Part shown: positions 50,244 to 64,000 of the stretch, piece after piece
Layout of the letters: every line of letters begins with the position of its first letter
Position numbering within the stretch: position 1 is the stretch's first letter
DNA from: Takakia lepidozioides
Taxonomy: Eukaryota > Plantae > Bryophyta
Direction of reading: 5' to 3'
DNA: 64,000 nucleotides
NCBI GenBank assembly: GCA_030704615.1
Contig: CM060734.1
Coordinates: 59,396,001 to 59,460,000, forward strand
Program-made: the position numbers and the translations under genes
Notes under the pieces: generated by a model
What the model was told of the DNA's origin: nothing
Databases searched by the model: none
The model's input: the letters and a program-made list of their open reading frames with translations, nothing else

Positions 50244-53200
50244 ATGGCATGGAATGTGTTCAAGTTTTGTTCTGGCCTGCGGGTGGTGGGTTCCATCATG
50301 ATTCTGGTGGTCCTTGGCGTGGTCGGCCTTTCCTACTATTCGGTTGTAATCGCCAACTATGCTCCTGACCTCATGAGTGGCGGGTCAGAAGCAGCGACGG
50401 CCGTACTGGTTCTCATCGTCTTTCATGCGCTGGTGATCTCTCTCTCTTTCTCACACACACACTCAAAATGGGACTGTCATGAAGGTACATTCATTTGACT
50501 GTTTCCCAAAGCCCATGACCTCGTAGGGAAGTCAGTGCAAGGGATTGAGACCAATGTTAGTAAGGCCACAGGAGGAATGAACTCAGAAGTGGACGAGCTT
50601 TGAAGCCTTGCACAGATGTTCTCCCGGTCTCACATTTGATCCCCACAGAACGCTGTATGTGCTCGCATGAGTTGGGCATGTCTGGCTGAAAGACCATCCA
50701 GTGGATTTCCACACATAATAAGTGGGTATCCAGCTGTGCTCTCACGTCTTCAGTCTGTCTTATTGTGCATAGGTCCCTTTAACTGGGGGATTCCAAGCCA
50801 TTGTGAATTGAGAATCATTGTGGGGCTTATAAATTCAAGCTCACAAACCTCATCAAAGCCTTTTGTCGAGCTTGCTCAGAGGTTAGCAGTGTGCAAAAAC
50901 CTCATCACGCACACTCTGTTGTAGCTGGGCTGAGTGTGAATACTATAATGTACCTCCTTATTGGTGCTTCTGTGCAATGGGTATCCTTTGAGATGGCCGC
51001 AGAACTTATCCTGGCCATCAGTTGAATGAGTATAAATTTGAAAGGGTCAGGAAAATCAGTATCTTGGTATCGTGTTTTCTGATTTACTGACTGACACAGC
51101 AAATGGCTGAGGGAAAATTTATTTGTAACTGAGAAAGTGTCTTGAGCAATTTGTTGTCAATACGTGGGTGCAGTTGTTAATGCTACTATGGTGCTATTTT
51201 TCCGTGGTCTTAACCGATCCAGGCGGTGTGCCACAAGCCTGGCGGCCTATTCAAGATGACGAGGACTTGGAGGTGCAGACAGTGCCATTGGCTTTAACGC
51301 CTTCCCCTCCCTCTTCAGGTGTGAGTTTACCAAGCACAGGGACATCCCTTTATCAAAGTCCTCGTGTGCGCTATTGCCGCAAATGCTGTCAGTTCAAGCC
51401 CCCACGCTGCCATCATTGCTCTGTGTGTAAGTCTTCCTGCAAAACCTGGTATACTTTCATTGTCATTCTAGAAAAGGACCCTAAGAGGTTCCTTCTGTTC
51501 TGTAAATACTTTCAGGAGACTAATGCAAGTCTCACTAATGTTATTGTTGAAGGGTATGCTGTTGTTACAGAATCAGGAAATGGGTATTGTATACTTGACA
51601 GCCTGTTTACTCTACTAGATGTGTTCCATTTGCCTCAAAGTGCTGTGATTGATTGAGCATTCTGAGTACGTTGTGAACTCCTGGAAGTCCTGTCAATCCT
51701 ATGTGGCCAATGCTCTTTGTAAGCAGCCCATTGTTGTTGAGTCCTTATAGTTGCCACTCCACAAGCACTTGTCCAGAGCCCCACTGGTCCCAAAATCGCT
51801 TGAGGAACCGAACAAGCAAGCCTGTCTATGGTATAAGAACAACTATGCCACTGTAGGCATGCTACGTGTTGTAGTAACTGTTGCATTTGTGTCCAATGTA
51901 GTAAGAGATCAAGTGGACAAGTGATGGATGGGATGGAATAGCAATGGACAGGTGGGCGATGCATTTTGAAGATGGACCACCACTGTGTTTGGGTGGTCAA
52001 CTGTGTTGGAGCTCGTAACTACAAGTTCTTCCTTCTTTTTCTTGTAAGAGCTGCCCTAATTGTGATGTCGGTCTTATTGTGGGGCTGGTAAGTTGTTAAT
52101 GTTTGGCCAACCCTTACTGGGGTGAAGGATCCACTGTGCCATGCCTGACACATGATCTTGTTTTACTGCCCTTTGCAATGGAACATTATAGTGGCCATCT
52201 CTCTGCCCTCTGGAGCTTGATTAGATCCTAGTTCACATGGGTCAATTCTGATTGGGAGAGAGTTATTTCTTTTCATTGTTGCACCAAGTGTATGTTGCAG
52301 TGGCAGATGGAAGTTCTAACAGAAGTTGGGTTGAATGATGTAGCTGTATACATTCTTGGAGACTTCATTGGTGACAGCAGCACTGACGCCGAACTTTATA
52401 GCTTTTTTCAGCGATGTGGAAGAGGAAGTAGCCCTGCCTGGGACCCTTGCTACGACCTTCCTTAGTTTTGGTGTGCACTTGAACATGCTGAGTTGAATCA
52501 CAGGGATAAAGTGCATCATAGTATATATATCAGACACGTGTTGTGTGTGTTTGTATATCTCTGTATGTGTCCCTTGTGTGTGTAAGGACTGTATCGACTG
52601 CTTACGAGTGTTTGGTTGGCTACAGTGTTGAACTTGGCTTTTGCACTTAGTGTGTTGGGCTTCCTCATCATGCATGTAGCATTGGTTGCGGACAACACAA
52701 CAACTATTGAGGTGCACCATGTGAAAACCCTATGTTAGGCCTCCTTCATTCAGCCGAACAATTTCCATTTTATTGCAGACACTCGTAGTCCTTTTCAACC
52801 AATTTGTCACATTGTCTTTTTGGGGAACACTGGTCATAAGTACTTGATCCAGGCTGTATGAGATAGCTAGACAAATGGAGCTGAGATATGGATCCGTGCT
52901 ATCCAACCACACCGACAAGAAATTGAAGCTATAGTATGATCTTCAGTTCAAGTAATCCCATCAATTTGTAAGGATCTCTCTGAGTGGTATTGACTATTTG
53001 CGATTGACCATCTCATGCCTGAGTTCCATCTTTTGTTAAATGTGGTCAGGCATATGAAAAGAAGGCTTCCACAAGATGGCGATTTGATGTGGGCCGGAAA
53101 AGGAACTTCGAGCAGGTGGGTTGAGCTTTTTCCATCCATGAGTGATACTCTGGAGTATTTTGATCCTCTTCCAGTCCTTCTAGTGAGTACTGAGGGCACG

Positions 53201-54181
53201 CTTCCATGTTGACCCGTCCCGGTTCTTAACATCAGCAAGAAAAAGGGTATTACCTGTTTAATTTGCCCAACCACTTCCATACACCCATTCTCCAAGGTTA
53301 CAAGTCACACTTTCCTGCTACAAGCCACAAACAATCCTGGGTACACAACCCCATAACACACGAATCCTGCCATAACATATGACAACGCAGAAATTACATC
53401 AAAAGGTAACTTGCTGAATAGGTGTACCGACCTGCAGGTCACGCTGCCCAGATCCCGTGCGGCCCACCATCCCGCATTTTGTGGGGCATTGGGTTGCATG
53501 GGACTGAGCTTGGGTTTTTCCTAGAACAGGTACATGGAAGGGCCATTCAAGCTTGTCAGACCCATGATGATGTCCAAAATGGGCACAGGTGCTCCACATG
53601 GAAGTGTGACCTAAACCCATTTTGGATGCCAGACCTTTGGGACACTCTGCTGTGTCAATTAGCTGATTGCTGGCAAAAGGTAATCATTCTTCTGGCCCTT
53701 GACATGGCAGCTCAATTCTTGTGATGCATTTGACATTGCATCGAAATGTGCCTACATAGCAAATTGGACATGGCAACTCTTAGCTCTCTCGAGGCAGTCA
53801 AGTAAAAGTGATGAATGTGCCGTCTTTTACCAGAGAGCTTCTGTCACTCTCTCCCTCACATGCATGGTCTCTCCTTTGAAAATCAAGCACAGAGCAAATG
53901 TACCTCTACAGTTTTCGAACTGCAGCTTATCTTAGAGGCAGCACCAGAGGCAATGCGTTGCTGGGTTCATAAAGCAATGTAAATTTCTAGGATGCAACCT
54001 TTTTTACAGCTTTTCATTCCACCATTGTTTGAATTGTTGCGGTGGTTTCTATCAGGTGTTTGGCACAAGGAAGCTTTACTGGGTGCTCCCCCTCTATGCA
54101 GAGGATGACCTAAGGAAGTTGGTGGCACTTCATGGTCTTGACTACCCAACTAGATTAGACATCGAGAGCCAAGACTTATAG
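50244..54181 (+). CDS. DHHC-type protein S-acyltransferase (PAT12/13/14 clade); 7 exons, 312 aa
   Basis: Exons 50244-50432, 51174-51426, 51952-52043, 52344-52470, 52626-52711, 53050-53115, 54056-54181 (939 nt, GT-AG, phases consistent). Motifs: [68 protein letters not shown]. Confidence 0.95.
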
Positions 54182-56563
54182 ACTTAAATTGTGGCAGAAC
54201 TAATCTATCTGTTTGATTTATCGAGGCCATCAAATGAGTGGTGGTCAAACCACCCCTCTATTTTTTCAGGTAGAACCTCCAGATAATGTGAATATGATCT
54301 TTACAATCACTCAAACAAGCAGCTGATTGTATGAGCCTCTCCCTTCGAAGCAGAGGAGGAAGTAGTGACTCATAACAATATGGAGACAGAAGTTTGTAGT
54401 GCAAATGATTAAGTATTCCCACTTCTGTGCTGGTATTTCGGATGCAGGGACAACACTTGCATCATCTTACTGTGTTTGATTCATGGTGTCCAAGTTCCAC
54501 GTCCCTCTCATCCTCTCATCCATTACTTCAACCAACAGATATCTTAGACCCAATGCTCTTCTTTGCTCTTCTTGAAAGTGGAGAGACGAACAGACTGGCA
54601 TCTGAGATTGTTAACAAGCTTTTAATTGTGAACTGTTACCTACCGCCAAAACTGACACACCTGACTAATTTACTATTAGTAAACAGGAAGCATGATGGCG
54701 TCGTTAGTTGACGAGAGCCTCTCTTGTCGCCGAGGGAGGGCTCTTCTTCTCATCAATTTGCTCCTTTTGGTCATCACATTTGTGTTTTTTTTTCCTCTTC
54801 ATTTTTTTAGTTCGGGCTGTGCTCCAGGGCAGGCGTGCAATCAGTGTGGGGCTTATTGACAACCAACATGTAGCCCAGAGGTAAAGGGCACATACCACGT
54901 TGGATGTGGTTGTGGGTTCAAACCACCGTCTGGTGTGTCATGTAGGTGTCCACCTTCCCGCCGGAAGGCCGTAGCCCTTCAGGGTCAAGTGACACTATAA
55001 GTTACGTTCCCTTGGGGAGGCATCATACTTTTTTTTGGGGGGGCTTATTGAAACGATTATATATATATATATACATAGAATATAGATATGTTATAAATGT
55101 ATTATATTTATCTATCAAGTTTGGTAGTTTGATTTGTTTTGTTTGTAGCGTTCTTGATACCGCTGGAAAGCGCTCCATGAGTAGGGGTGCACAGAGGCGG
55201 TTACATAATTTTTGGACTTACGATGTTGGAGATATTAAATTTTAACTATTTTTGTCACTGGAAATTCATGAAAATAGCAAATTGGGTTTTCTGGAATATT
55301 AAATGATTTTACAATATGTGTTCATGATCCAGAGACATTCTCGATGGTTCTCCCTCATCAATGTTGGCACTTATCACGGTTAGCCCATGACCATATTGCT
55401 TCGACATGGCTGCTCTCATGTCATTGCTCCATCACGCCGTGCACCTTGCCTCGCTCGACTTTGCTTGGACATACAACTTATAGTTACCGGTCTCCCCCTA
55501 CACGCCACTCCCCCTACTGCTCCCTCACGTCATTCACTTTGTCGAATTTACATATTGTCAGATCCCGAGCATAACCATCATAAGTAAACACAATTAGACA
55601 ACACGGCTGACGCACTGGCCCCTTAACAATCGTCACAGCAGACACCAGAGGTGACATCCGCAATGCTAGCCTAAACACTCTACATAACATCATCCCTACT
55701 ACAGCTATCCACCACTATTTCAAAGAAATCCATCTTACCGCCATATGATCCCTCATAACTCTCATGACTAAAGAACGTAAACATGAACAAATTCATGCAT
55801 AAGATTTTAGTTTCAGGTGTTACGACACCTTTGTTCTTATAGGGCGCACCCTTGGAAGAGGCCAGTAGCCGCAAGGTGACATGGCTCTTAGTTACGCCGG
55901 TTCTTGCAGAAATCTTCTCTCTCTCCTCAAGGGCACATACTGAATATAGTATATGAGGAAATTTGCAAATCCCACAAAACATTGCACGTCTCGGACTGAG
56001 GCTAGTCTAATCTACTTAACAATGGTTTGTGTTCTCTTCTGATCTAGAACGAGTCATTTGTTGAGAATAATATAGCTCAGAAATATGACTTCAAATTGAT
56101 AAAAAAGATGTTTTTTCAACTTGATATATAATCATCTTTATGGTAAAACAAAACGTACGTGACGGCCATGTTTCTCTTCGTTCGGTGAGAACAACACCGT
56201 ATTCATTAAAATATCACGCTTCAATACTTTGGTAGAATGGACTAAAAGAAATATTTAATGTAAAGTCGGATTAGACGTGACATGACGCGATGTTGACGCG
56301 TTTCCCTATATCGCATCATATGGACAAACAAACAACCGAGCGAAAAACATAGTCATTGCACGTCTATTTATGAACATCATGAGACAATCAAACATTTAGC
56401 ACATTGACAAGAGATACGAGAAAACATCTGGTGGGCGACTTCATCAAGAAGATTCGAGACTATAGCTAATCTAATTTGCATAAGAACATTTAGTGGTTAC
56501 CAACGTTATCATTCGTCCTTACACTTGCACAAGCTACCATACTTTGGAGTTCATTCTCTGTTG

Positions 56564-56865
56564 AATTCCAACATGATATTAAAGCAAACGCAACACATCC
56601 AAAGACGCAAGTGATCAATTGAAGGACGTTTCTCAACATGTTGGAATTCTATAGAGAATAGGAATCAAAGATGAAATAATTTCATGATAGCTCTCTATCT
56701 AATCATAGGAACACAACGAGCTCTGTCGGCCACCCTCATAGCTCTTACTTTACTTTTTTTATCCCTATTTTCTGTTGAATTCCAGCATATTATCTGAGAA
56801 ACCTTCAATTGATCATGTGCTCGAGTCTTTGGATGTGTTGCGTTTGCTCATATCATGTTGGAATT
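56564..56865. repeat. Long imperfect inverted repeat (~100-bp arms, ~100-bp spacer)
   Basis: Arm 56564-56662 (AATTCCAACATGATAT..AGCAAACGCAACACATCCAAAGAC..TGATCAATTGAAGG..) pairs with 56764-56865. Confidence 0.85.
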
Positions 56866-57399
56866 GGCGCTCTCCACCCAACCATATGAACACACGAAGC
56901 TAAATCTATTCTCTGAACTCTTCCCTAATCATACTCAAAGTCCATGCTTAAAATGTTTAACTTGGTAACTTGTTGAGTGGGGGGTTGGAAATCAACTCAT
57001 TGCTAAATTATTTCTACTCCGAGTTATTCATGCAATAATGGTAGTGATGACAATCATATTAATACTAGTGATAAGTCTCCATAGCTTAAGTTAACTTCAG
57101 TTAGTAGCGACTTAGGTATATCTAGTACCATAACGCTGAACGTAGCTTGTTCCTATGTTTGGGTGGGTAATGGAGATCATTTTATCTTTGATCTGCACTA
57201 GAACAGGTTAGGCTAAATAACCTAATTTAGGTTGGGAGTTCGTGCCTTGGCTTTGCATAATTTAGGCGATCTAGCAGTAGTCGCAAGTAGTCCCTTAGAG
57301 ATGGTGCAGATAGGTAGTGGTCCTTCGGGATGGAGACCAAGAAACACCATTGCACAACATTCATGTTTCCTTGGGGAGGCCTCATCCCCATTTAGAAGG

Positions 57400-58775
57400 G
57401 CCGTAAAGGCGTATCGCATGGGGCACATCCCAGAACAAAACAGTGAGTAGGAGGAAGAGCAGGATGAGGCCCGTCATGGACTAAGAAGAGAAAACAAGCT
57501 AGAGGAGAGATGATGCTGCTATCAAGATAGTTGCCTAAAGCCTGGCAGAGGGACCACTGTCTGAACGGAAATACTGTGGACTTCGCCAAAATACGAGTGC
57601 AAGCAAGAAGTAGTGCTAAAACTGTGGGGTGCATTGTGCTTCATCAAGCCCCAAAGTCTAGCTGTGCCTTAGACTTAGAGGACCCCTGCTTCTGGTGGCG
57701 CCAGTTGATGTCTAGTGCCTCGGAGTCAGCAGACGATTTTCCAGGGCCCGGGGACGTCGTGGTGCCAAACAATCCTGGATTCATCGAGCCTGGAGCAGAT
57801 GATGTTGCCCTTTGCCCAGGAGAGATAGAACTCCGGCGCTTCCTATCACTGCACCTGCTGGTAGCTGAAAGCAAGGACATCCACGCCTTACGCCCCTCAG
57901 TCATCAAATCAGCATACAACTTGCCAAGGAGCGATCTGATGTTGGGGCGTTTCCTCTGACCAGTAGACTAGTGAACATCTAGCTTTCCAAACTGTCCATA
58001 GAGCATGACCTCTGAGGGTGGCCCAAATTGGGCATCTGTCCCATGATATTCCATTGTGCAAATTGAGCAGCAACAAAGGGTCAGACAGAGGGGGCAGTAC
58101 TTTCCAGTTAGAGTAAAAGTTCCCCACATATCCCCATAGCCTGGAGGAAAGATTACACTGGATGAGGCAATGCTCCAGCGTTTCCCTTGCCCCAGAATTG
58201 CAGAGTAGCCAGTTGGGGTCTCCGACAATGAAGTAGTCTGCTACAGGTAAAATACGACTAGCAATTTTCTACAAGAAAGTACTGACTTTCGCCGAGTGGT
58301 GCTTGGCCCAGATACCACCCCACACCCTGTTCCAGCCCTGGCCAGAAATATTAAGGGACCATTTGTTGTTCCATTTGACTTTGAAATCAGTTTTTCCCAA
58401 AAGCATCATGTAGCCTGCTTTGACTGTATATCCCATGAGGGGTTTTTCTTTCTCTATCAGACCATTTCCACTCCCCCGGGTCCATCTGCAGTATGCTTAG
58501 AGGGAAGCATAGGAACCAGAAAAGGGGAGTTTTAGAGGCCCAACAAATCTCTTCACCTGGTATGGGTGGTTTTGGATCAGGGTTACCCGTTTTTACTTCT
58601 AGGACTCTGATCCTAAACGCCTCTTCATGGTGCATCTCCCCCGTCCCAAGAATGGCCAGGAGCCCGCCAGGAGAGGCTTGGAATACAAAGCCTATCCAGT
58701 GTGAAGAATTGGAGGTAGTGGCCAGCAGTACAAAGTTGCCATTGCGTTTGGATGTACCAAACCAGCAGGGGAGGT
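57400..58775 (-). mobile_element. LINE (L1-like) ORF2 C-terminal remnant
   Basis: Minus-strand fragments CCCSIC.ME..H and IWATLRGHALWTVWKARCSLVY fit the zf-RVT/W-x-I-W-x2-R signature of L1 ORF2. Fragmented, and cut at 58775 by an LTR start. Confidence 0.55.
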
Positions 58776-61700
58776 TGTCAAGTTATTTTACCACTAGTGT
58801 GAAACTAGCTAGGAAATAGCTAGTTTTTACATATTGACATTTGGGATTGGCCCAAGTGTCAATCCAGGGGTCAAGGCAGATTTAGGCCCTGGAGTGGTTA
58901 TCTTCACGGCAAGCACGGGAGGCTCATCTTTCTCGAGTTGAGCCTCACCGCGCCTAGCTATGGCGCCGTAGTGTGGATTCCCCATGGCGTGGGGTGCACT
59001 TGGCTTGACTTGTATTTGAGTGATGAGGTTATATATGCATGAATTTATGCTTCAGCTTTGTGAGCTCGCATGAGCTTGTGCTTGTATTCTTCTTCTTTAT
59101 CACTCGAGAAAGATGAGCTCGTATCTGTGAGTGCCCGATACGAGTTAGTTGTAGCACTTGTGGTTTTTGCTTGAGAATGAGAGAAACCAAGTTGTTATGC
59201 AAGGAGCACCGTGGAGCTCTTGGTTGTTAGAAGCGGAGGCGATGTGGGTTACGAGGTAGTAGACCTTGGCATTCGATCTTCAGCTTCATTGATGATAGCA
59301 CCATGCTGCAGGTAATTCCAGAGCACCTTGATGGTTTCAGATTGTGTACATGCATGAGTAAGCACGATTGGGAAGAGGACCAGTCAAGAGCAGGTTATAG
59401 TGGCTTTGATGGCAAAGCTGAGAACTGGACTTGGGAATGCGAGCTTTCATTGTGTGAAGGATTGCAAGACCAAGTGAAAGGGCTGATTTGGCTTGGGGCA
59501 AATCAGTGCACTTTGTGGAGTATGGTGAGATTGGGTTTCAATCTCGAGCTTCAGCATTGAGAGGGCTCTTGTCATGGCAAGAGCAGGGCTGGAATAGGAG
59601 CTAAGAGGTGCGGCAAGGCCATGGAATGTGTACCTAGGGTTTCAGAGCTTGGAAGAAGAGCTCTTGCACCACAAGAGAAGTGTCTTGTGGCTGGAAATGT
59701 AAGCCTTAGGGTTTCAGGAGCTTGGCAAAGGCTGTGGAGTGCTTAGTCTTGTCTTAGAGAGCATCAAGGAGCCAAGGAGCCAAGATAGGGGGCCGATATC
59801 TCTTGTGTGAAGAGGTTGCATGTGTGGAGCATGTATTCAGCTCATTGAAGCTTCCATCTTCAAGCTTGGAGGGCAAGCAAGGAAGAGGGAAGGGCTGACT
59901 TCCCTTATGTGAGGGCAATGCATGTGTGGAGCATGCTATCAGCCTGGTGAAGGCTTGCACTTTCAGGTGTGGGAGTGCAAGAAAGGAAGGAAGGGGCTGG
60001 TTTCCCTGTAGGGCATGTGGAGCATGCTTTCAGCCTGCTGAAGCTTGTATTTTCAGGTTTGTGGGTACAAGAAATGAAGCAAAAGAGCTGATTCTCTTAT
60101 GGTGAGAGTGGGGCATGTGTGGAGCATGCCTTCATCCCATTGAGGCTCTTGTTTTCAAGCTTTAGAGAGCTAGAACGGAAGGTCTAGGGCTGGTTTCCAC
60201 TTGGAGTGAAAGAAAAGCACTTGTAGGGCCTATGTGAGTTGGGGTTTCAACTTCAAGCTTGAAGGGAGCGCAACTCTTGAAGCAGCAGGTGTAGGGGGCT
60301 GGAATAGGCTCTAAGACAGATGCTATGGCCAAGGAGAGTGCTTGAATGAGTGCTCACAAGGGCTGGGAACCAGTAGGGCTTGGTTGTTTGCCATTGAGTT
60401 TAATGGCGTGTTTGGGGAGGCTAAGTGAGAAAGAAGGCTTGGTTTGTGGCAACCACCTCATGGCTTATGGCTACTATGGTGGTGTGTGGGAGCCGAAAGA
60501 GCAAGAATACCTTGCTGATTTCCTCACAGCCGCCATAGCTCGGTGGAAAGAAGCCTAGAGTCCAAGAGACACAAACCCTAGCTTGGCGTGGCTAAACCCT
60601 TGGAAAAATGGCTAAACTGCCAGAGCGGCCATGGATGGGGCTATGACGGGCTGTCCCTGTGGCCTTGGGGGCTGTGACGGGCTGTGCCGGTGGCCTTTTG
60701 GGGCTGTGACGGGCTGCGCCAGTGGCCTTCGGGGCTGTGACGGGCTGCAAGGGGCTGTGCCGGTGGCCTTCGGGGCTGTCACGGGCTGCGCCGGTGACTT
60801 TCGGGGCTGTGACGGGCTGTGAGGGCCTGTGCCGGTGGCCTTCGGGGTTGTGACGGGCTGTGAGGGCCTGTGACGGGCTGCGCCGGTGGCCTTGGGGGCA
60901 GTGATGGGCTGTGAGGGGCTGTGCCGGTGGCCTTTAGGGGCTGTGACGGGCTGTGTCAGGCCGTGCCTAAGGCCTTGGGGGCTGTGAGGGGCTGTGGCGA
61001 GCTGTGATGGGCTGTGACAGGCTGTGCCCAGTGGCCTGTGAGGCTGTGACGGGCTGTGAGGGGCTGTGTCAGGCCGTGCCTGAGGCCTTGGGGGCTGTGA
61101 GGGGCTGTGACAGGCTGTACCAGTGGCATGTGGGGTTGTGACGGGCTGTGCGGGGCTGTGACAGGCTGTGCTCAGTGGCCTGTGGGGCTGTGATGGGCTG
61201 TGAGGGGCTGTGAGGGGCATTGACAGGCCGTGCTTGAGGCCTGTGGGGCTGTGAGGGGCTGTGTCAGGCCGTGCCTAAGCCTTTGGGGCTGTGACAGGCT
61301 GTGCCCGTGGCCTTTGGAGCTGTGATGGGCTGTGCCCAGTGGCCTGTGGGGCTGTGACGCTGTGCGGGGCTGTGACAGGCTGTGCCCAGTGGCCTGTGGG
61401 GCTGTGACGGGTTGTGACAGGCTGTGGCGAGCTGTGACGGGCGATGAGGGGCTGTGACAGGCTGTGACCAGTGAGCTGTGTGGGCCTGTGCTGGTCTGTG
61501 GTGGCCCGTGTTGACCTGTGGACGGCCTGTGCTGACTCGTGGAGGCACTGGTGGACTGCCTAAGGACTGGCATGTGGTCTTGAAGGCCGAATTTTGAAGC
61601 TCGTGGAGGGCGGTTTGAGGAGTATCTTCATGATATTCCCATGGTCATGCAAGTGAGGGAAGAGAAGAGAGGAAGAGTGTTGGGATGAGGGCATGCTGGG

Positions 61701-64000
61701 GTTAGGCATTGCTTTAGCTTCTCTTCCTCGTAGTTTCCACCCTCTCATTAGGCCAAGACCTTTCCGTAGGTGGAGGCAAGAGTCAGTCCGGGTTTGGGCT
61801 GGGGTGTCTTTGCAGGAGCAACACCGTGGAGTTGTTTTTGGTGTGGGGGAGTCGTCGTTCTGCTTGACTGTGCGCCATGCTAGTTTTGTGTGGGCGCTTG
61901 TTTTTATAGGTGATTGGTCCGGATTTGATCACCGGCCAGTCCTAGAGCATGATGTCGATGGTGAGGCTGGGGTGATGACCAGCCAACCATAGGAGTGCTT
62001 GCGGTGGATGCAAGTACATGTGTAGGCTATGTTAGGAACTTAGTATTCCAAACCATGAGCCGCAACAGGTTCTCTACCCGGTTACCTTGTGGAGAGGGGG
62101 TTAGGGACATGTTCATGACCGGTTGAGTGTCAACACGGAGGTGCCACTAGTTGCTGGGGACAGTGCCGGTTCGAGCACTAGCGATACTAGTGGGTACACG
62201 AGACGAGGTATGCGGTTTAGGCCACCTTCACCTCCTGTGTCTTCTACGAAAGGTTCTGATTCGGATTGTGAATCAGGAGGACTCATACCGGCGGTGCAAG
62301 TTGTTTCTTTGCCATTGTTGTGGGACACAATGGAGGAGATGTATGGAGCTACCAAGGGGCCACGAAGGTACTCTGGGGCGGTGGGCACCATCGAGTTGGA
62401 TGATTTTATCCAAGAGTTTGATAGTTGGTGTGATTTGCAGCAAATGCGCAGTCCACAACTATTTACGTCTTTCATGGCATGGAAGGGGATGTTTCAGCAC
62501 CTTGAGGGGCCGCCTATGGATGGTTACCACGAGTTCAGGCGGGGGCATGAGGTTGAGATCGAGGAGTGGAGGATGTACTGGTCACCCGACTATGTCTCCA
62601 TCACTAGGGGCACTAGAGCCACGAGGGCAGTGGCTACACTTGCCGCTGCACCGGCAGCTTCAGCAAGTAGCAGTGGGACTAGTGGGACTGGTGGTACAGT
62701 AGCTACGACGTCCACCCAAGCCACTACCGCACCAACACTAGCACCCGTGCCTGCCTTCAACCCTGTTGTGGAGTTCTTCGAAGAGTTGAGAGGGAACTAC
62801 CAAGGGGTGAGGACAGAGAAGTTGCGGAGCTTGCAAGAGTTCCAACGGAAGCCGACCGAGAGCTTGAGGGAGGCTTTCACTTGCATGAGGCACTTGATAA
62901 ATGTAACCCAAGGGGTTACGGAAGCTCAGGCAGTCCAATTCTGGTATGGGATATTGGACAAGGAGCTGAGGAGAAGGGTGCGGGATGCAACTCTCCTATA
63001 AGCGGCCCAACCCACCTTAGCAAATGTGTTTTTGCTGGCAGAGCGGATAGAGCTCAACATGGTGGAGGAACGAGTGGTCATGATCGGATTTGCTAAGGAG
63101 ACACCACGGGGTAGTGGTGCTCCTAGCCAACCACTACCTCAACGTGCTCAAGGCAACAAGGGGGCTCAGGTGAAGCTCAGGGAAGGGCAGAGAGGACCTC
63201 AGATGCAGGGGTCTCTCCTTCATTTGCTGGCCAACAACGGGCAGATGTGGTGTGCTGGACATGTGGAGGACCCCATGTCAAGAAGGATTGCCCAGAGGGA
63301 GGCAAAGGGCCGGCACATGCACAGCCTGCACAGTTGCAGTGTGGGCATTGTGGCAAGCACTGGCATGGAGAGGCCCAGTGTTATGGTTTGCATCCTGAGT
63401 TGCGCCTAGGCCAGTTCCAAGGGAACAATGGTGACCGGGGGCGAGGTGGAGCAGCCCAGAGAGGACGAGGTGGCCAGCCACGAGGTGCAGGCCAAGGGCA
63501 AGCTCAACATGGCCAAGGACGCGGAGGTCAGGGTGTTGACCAAGGCATGGCCAACCGGCTTCAGCAGCTAGAGCAGAGGCTCACTGCAATGGCTACAGCT
63601 CAGGTGGTACCGGCTCTAAGGCCGGATGGTCCACCTCCTGCTCCTGAGGGAGGAGATATGGGAGGCATGGGATTCATGTGTGGAGCAACACTACCACTAG
63701 TGCAGGTGGAGTTTGTTGCAGCCGTGACTCGAGGAGCAGCACGAGTTCCTGAGCCACGAGGTGCAGAGGTGGAGTTGGATCCACAGCGTGGGGAGGCAAG
63801 CCGTCAGGCTAGGCTTCCTCAGTCATTCACATTGGCGGAGACAGTGTCGACGCCATCCATGGCACCTAGTTCTCGCCCGACTGTTATCGAGGCGGAGGTT
63901 ACTATGCCATTGGGGAGAGCTACACGGGTAGCACCACTACCTAGTGTTGCCAAGGCTACGGCAGCTAGTGTGCTACTAGGAGCGGCCACATCTGTGTGCC
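58776..64000 (+). mobile_element. Ty3/gypsy-type LTR retrotransposon 5' part (LTR, long repetitive leader, gag), running off the window
   Basis: LTR start TGTCAAG at 58776, homologous to 47230-47480. Gag-like ORF 62123-63001 (IELDDFIQEFDSW, LQEFQRKPTESLREAF) continues past a stop to zinc knuckles CWTCGGPHVKKDC and CGHCGKHWHGEAQC (~63250-63390). Confidence 0.75.
60640..61500. repeat. GC-rich minisatellite of ~10-bp GGCTGTGACG/GGCTGTGAGG units in retrotransposon leader
   Basis: Dozens of GGGCTGTGA(C/G) units interspersed with GTGGCCT(T/G) units. Confidence 0.9.

Noticed and set aside
60640-61500. CRISPR-like repeat array
   Set aside because: No unique spacers, no cas genes, eukaryotic context.
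60612-61573. Long Pro/Ala/Thr/Ser-rich ORFs (202 aa, 133 aa)
   Set aside because: By-products of the stop-poor GGCTGTGAC minisatellite; no domain signal.

Overview
Eukaryotic nuclear DNA with spliceosomal GT-AG introns and dense, decayed transposons. It is most likely from a non-seed land plant (bryophyte-like); this is inferred from gene and TE types, not proven. Three apparently intact multi-exon genes could be spliced by hand: (1) a plant-MLKL-like (HeLo/DUF1221-type) N-terminus + catalytically intact kinase + C-terminal jacalin lectin (2704-5982, +); (2) a rhodanese + dual-specificity phosphatase + FHA protein (8473-12508, -); (3) a PAT12/13/14-type DHHC S-acyltransferase (50244-54181, +). 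A frameshifted PLS-class PPR pseudogene lies at about 37.8-40.2 kb. The rest is TE-derived: a full-length copia with LTRs, TSD and a ~2 kb internal inversion, a pogo/Fot1-like transposase, several gypsy remnants (one with a PHD finger after the integrase, one with an extra 3' ORF), a LINE fragment, CACTA/MULE remnants and MITEs. The most striking hidden signal is an intron-containing, beta-class-like DNA amino-methyltransferase (N4-C/N6-A type) remnant (36315-37146) lying between CACTACAA...TTGTAGTG termini (35171-37403). All domain calls are by motif recognition only; no searches were run.
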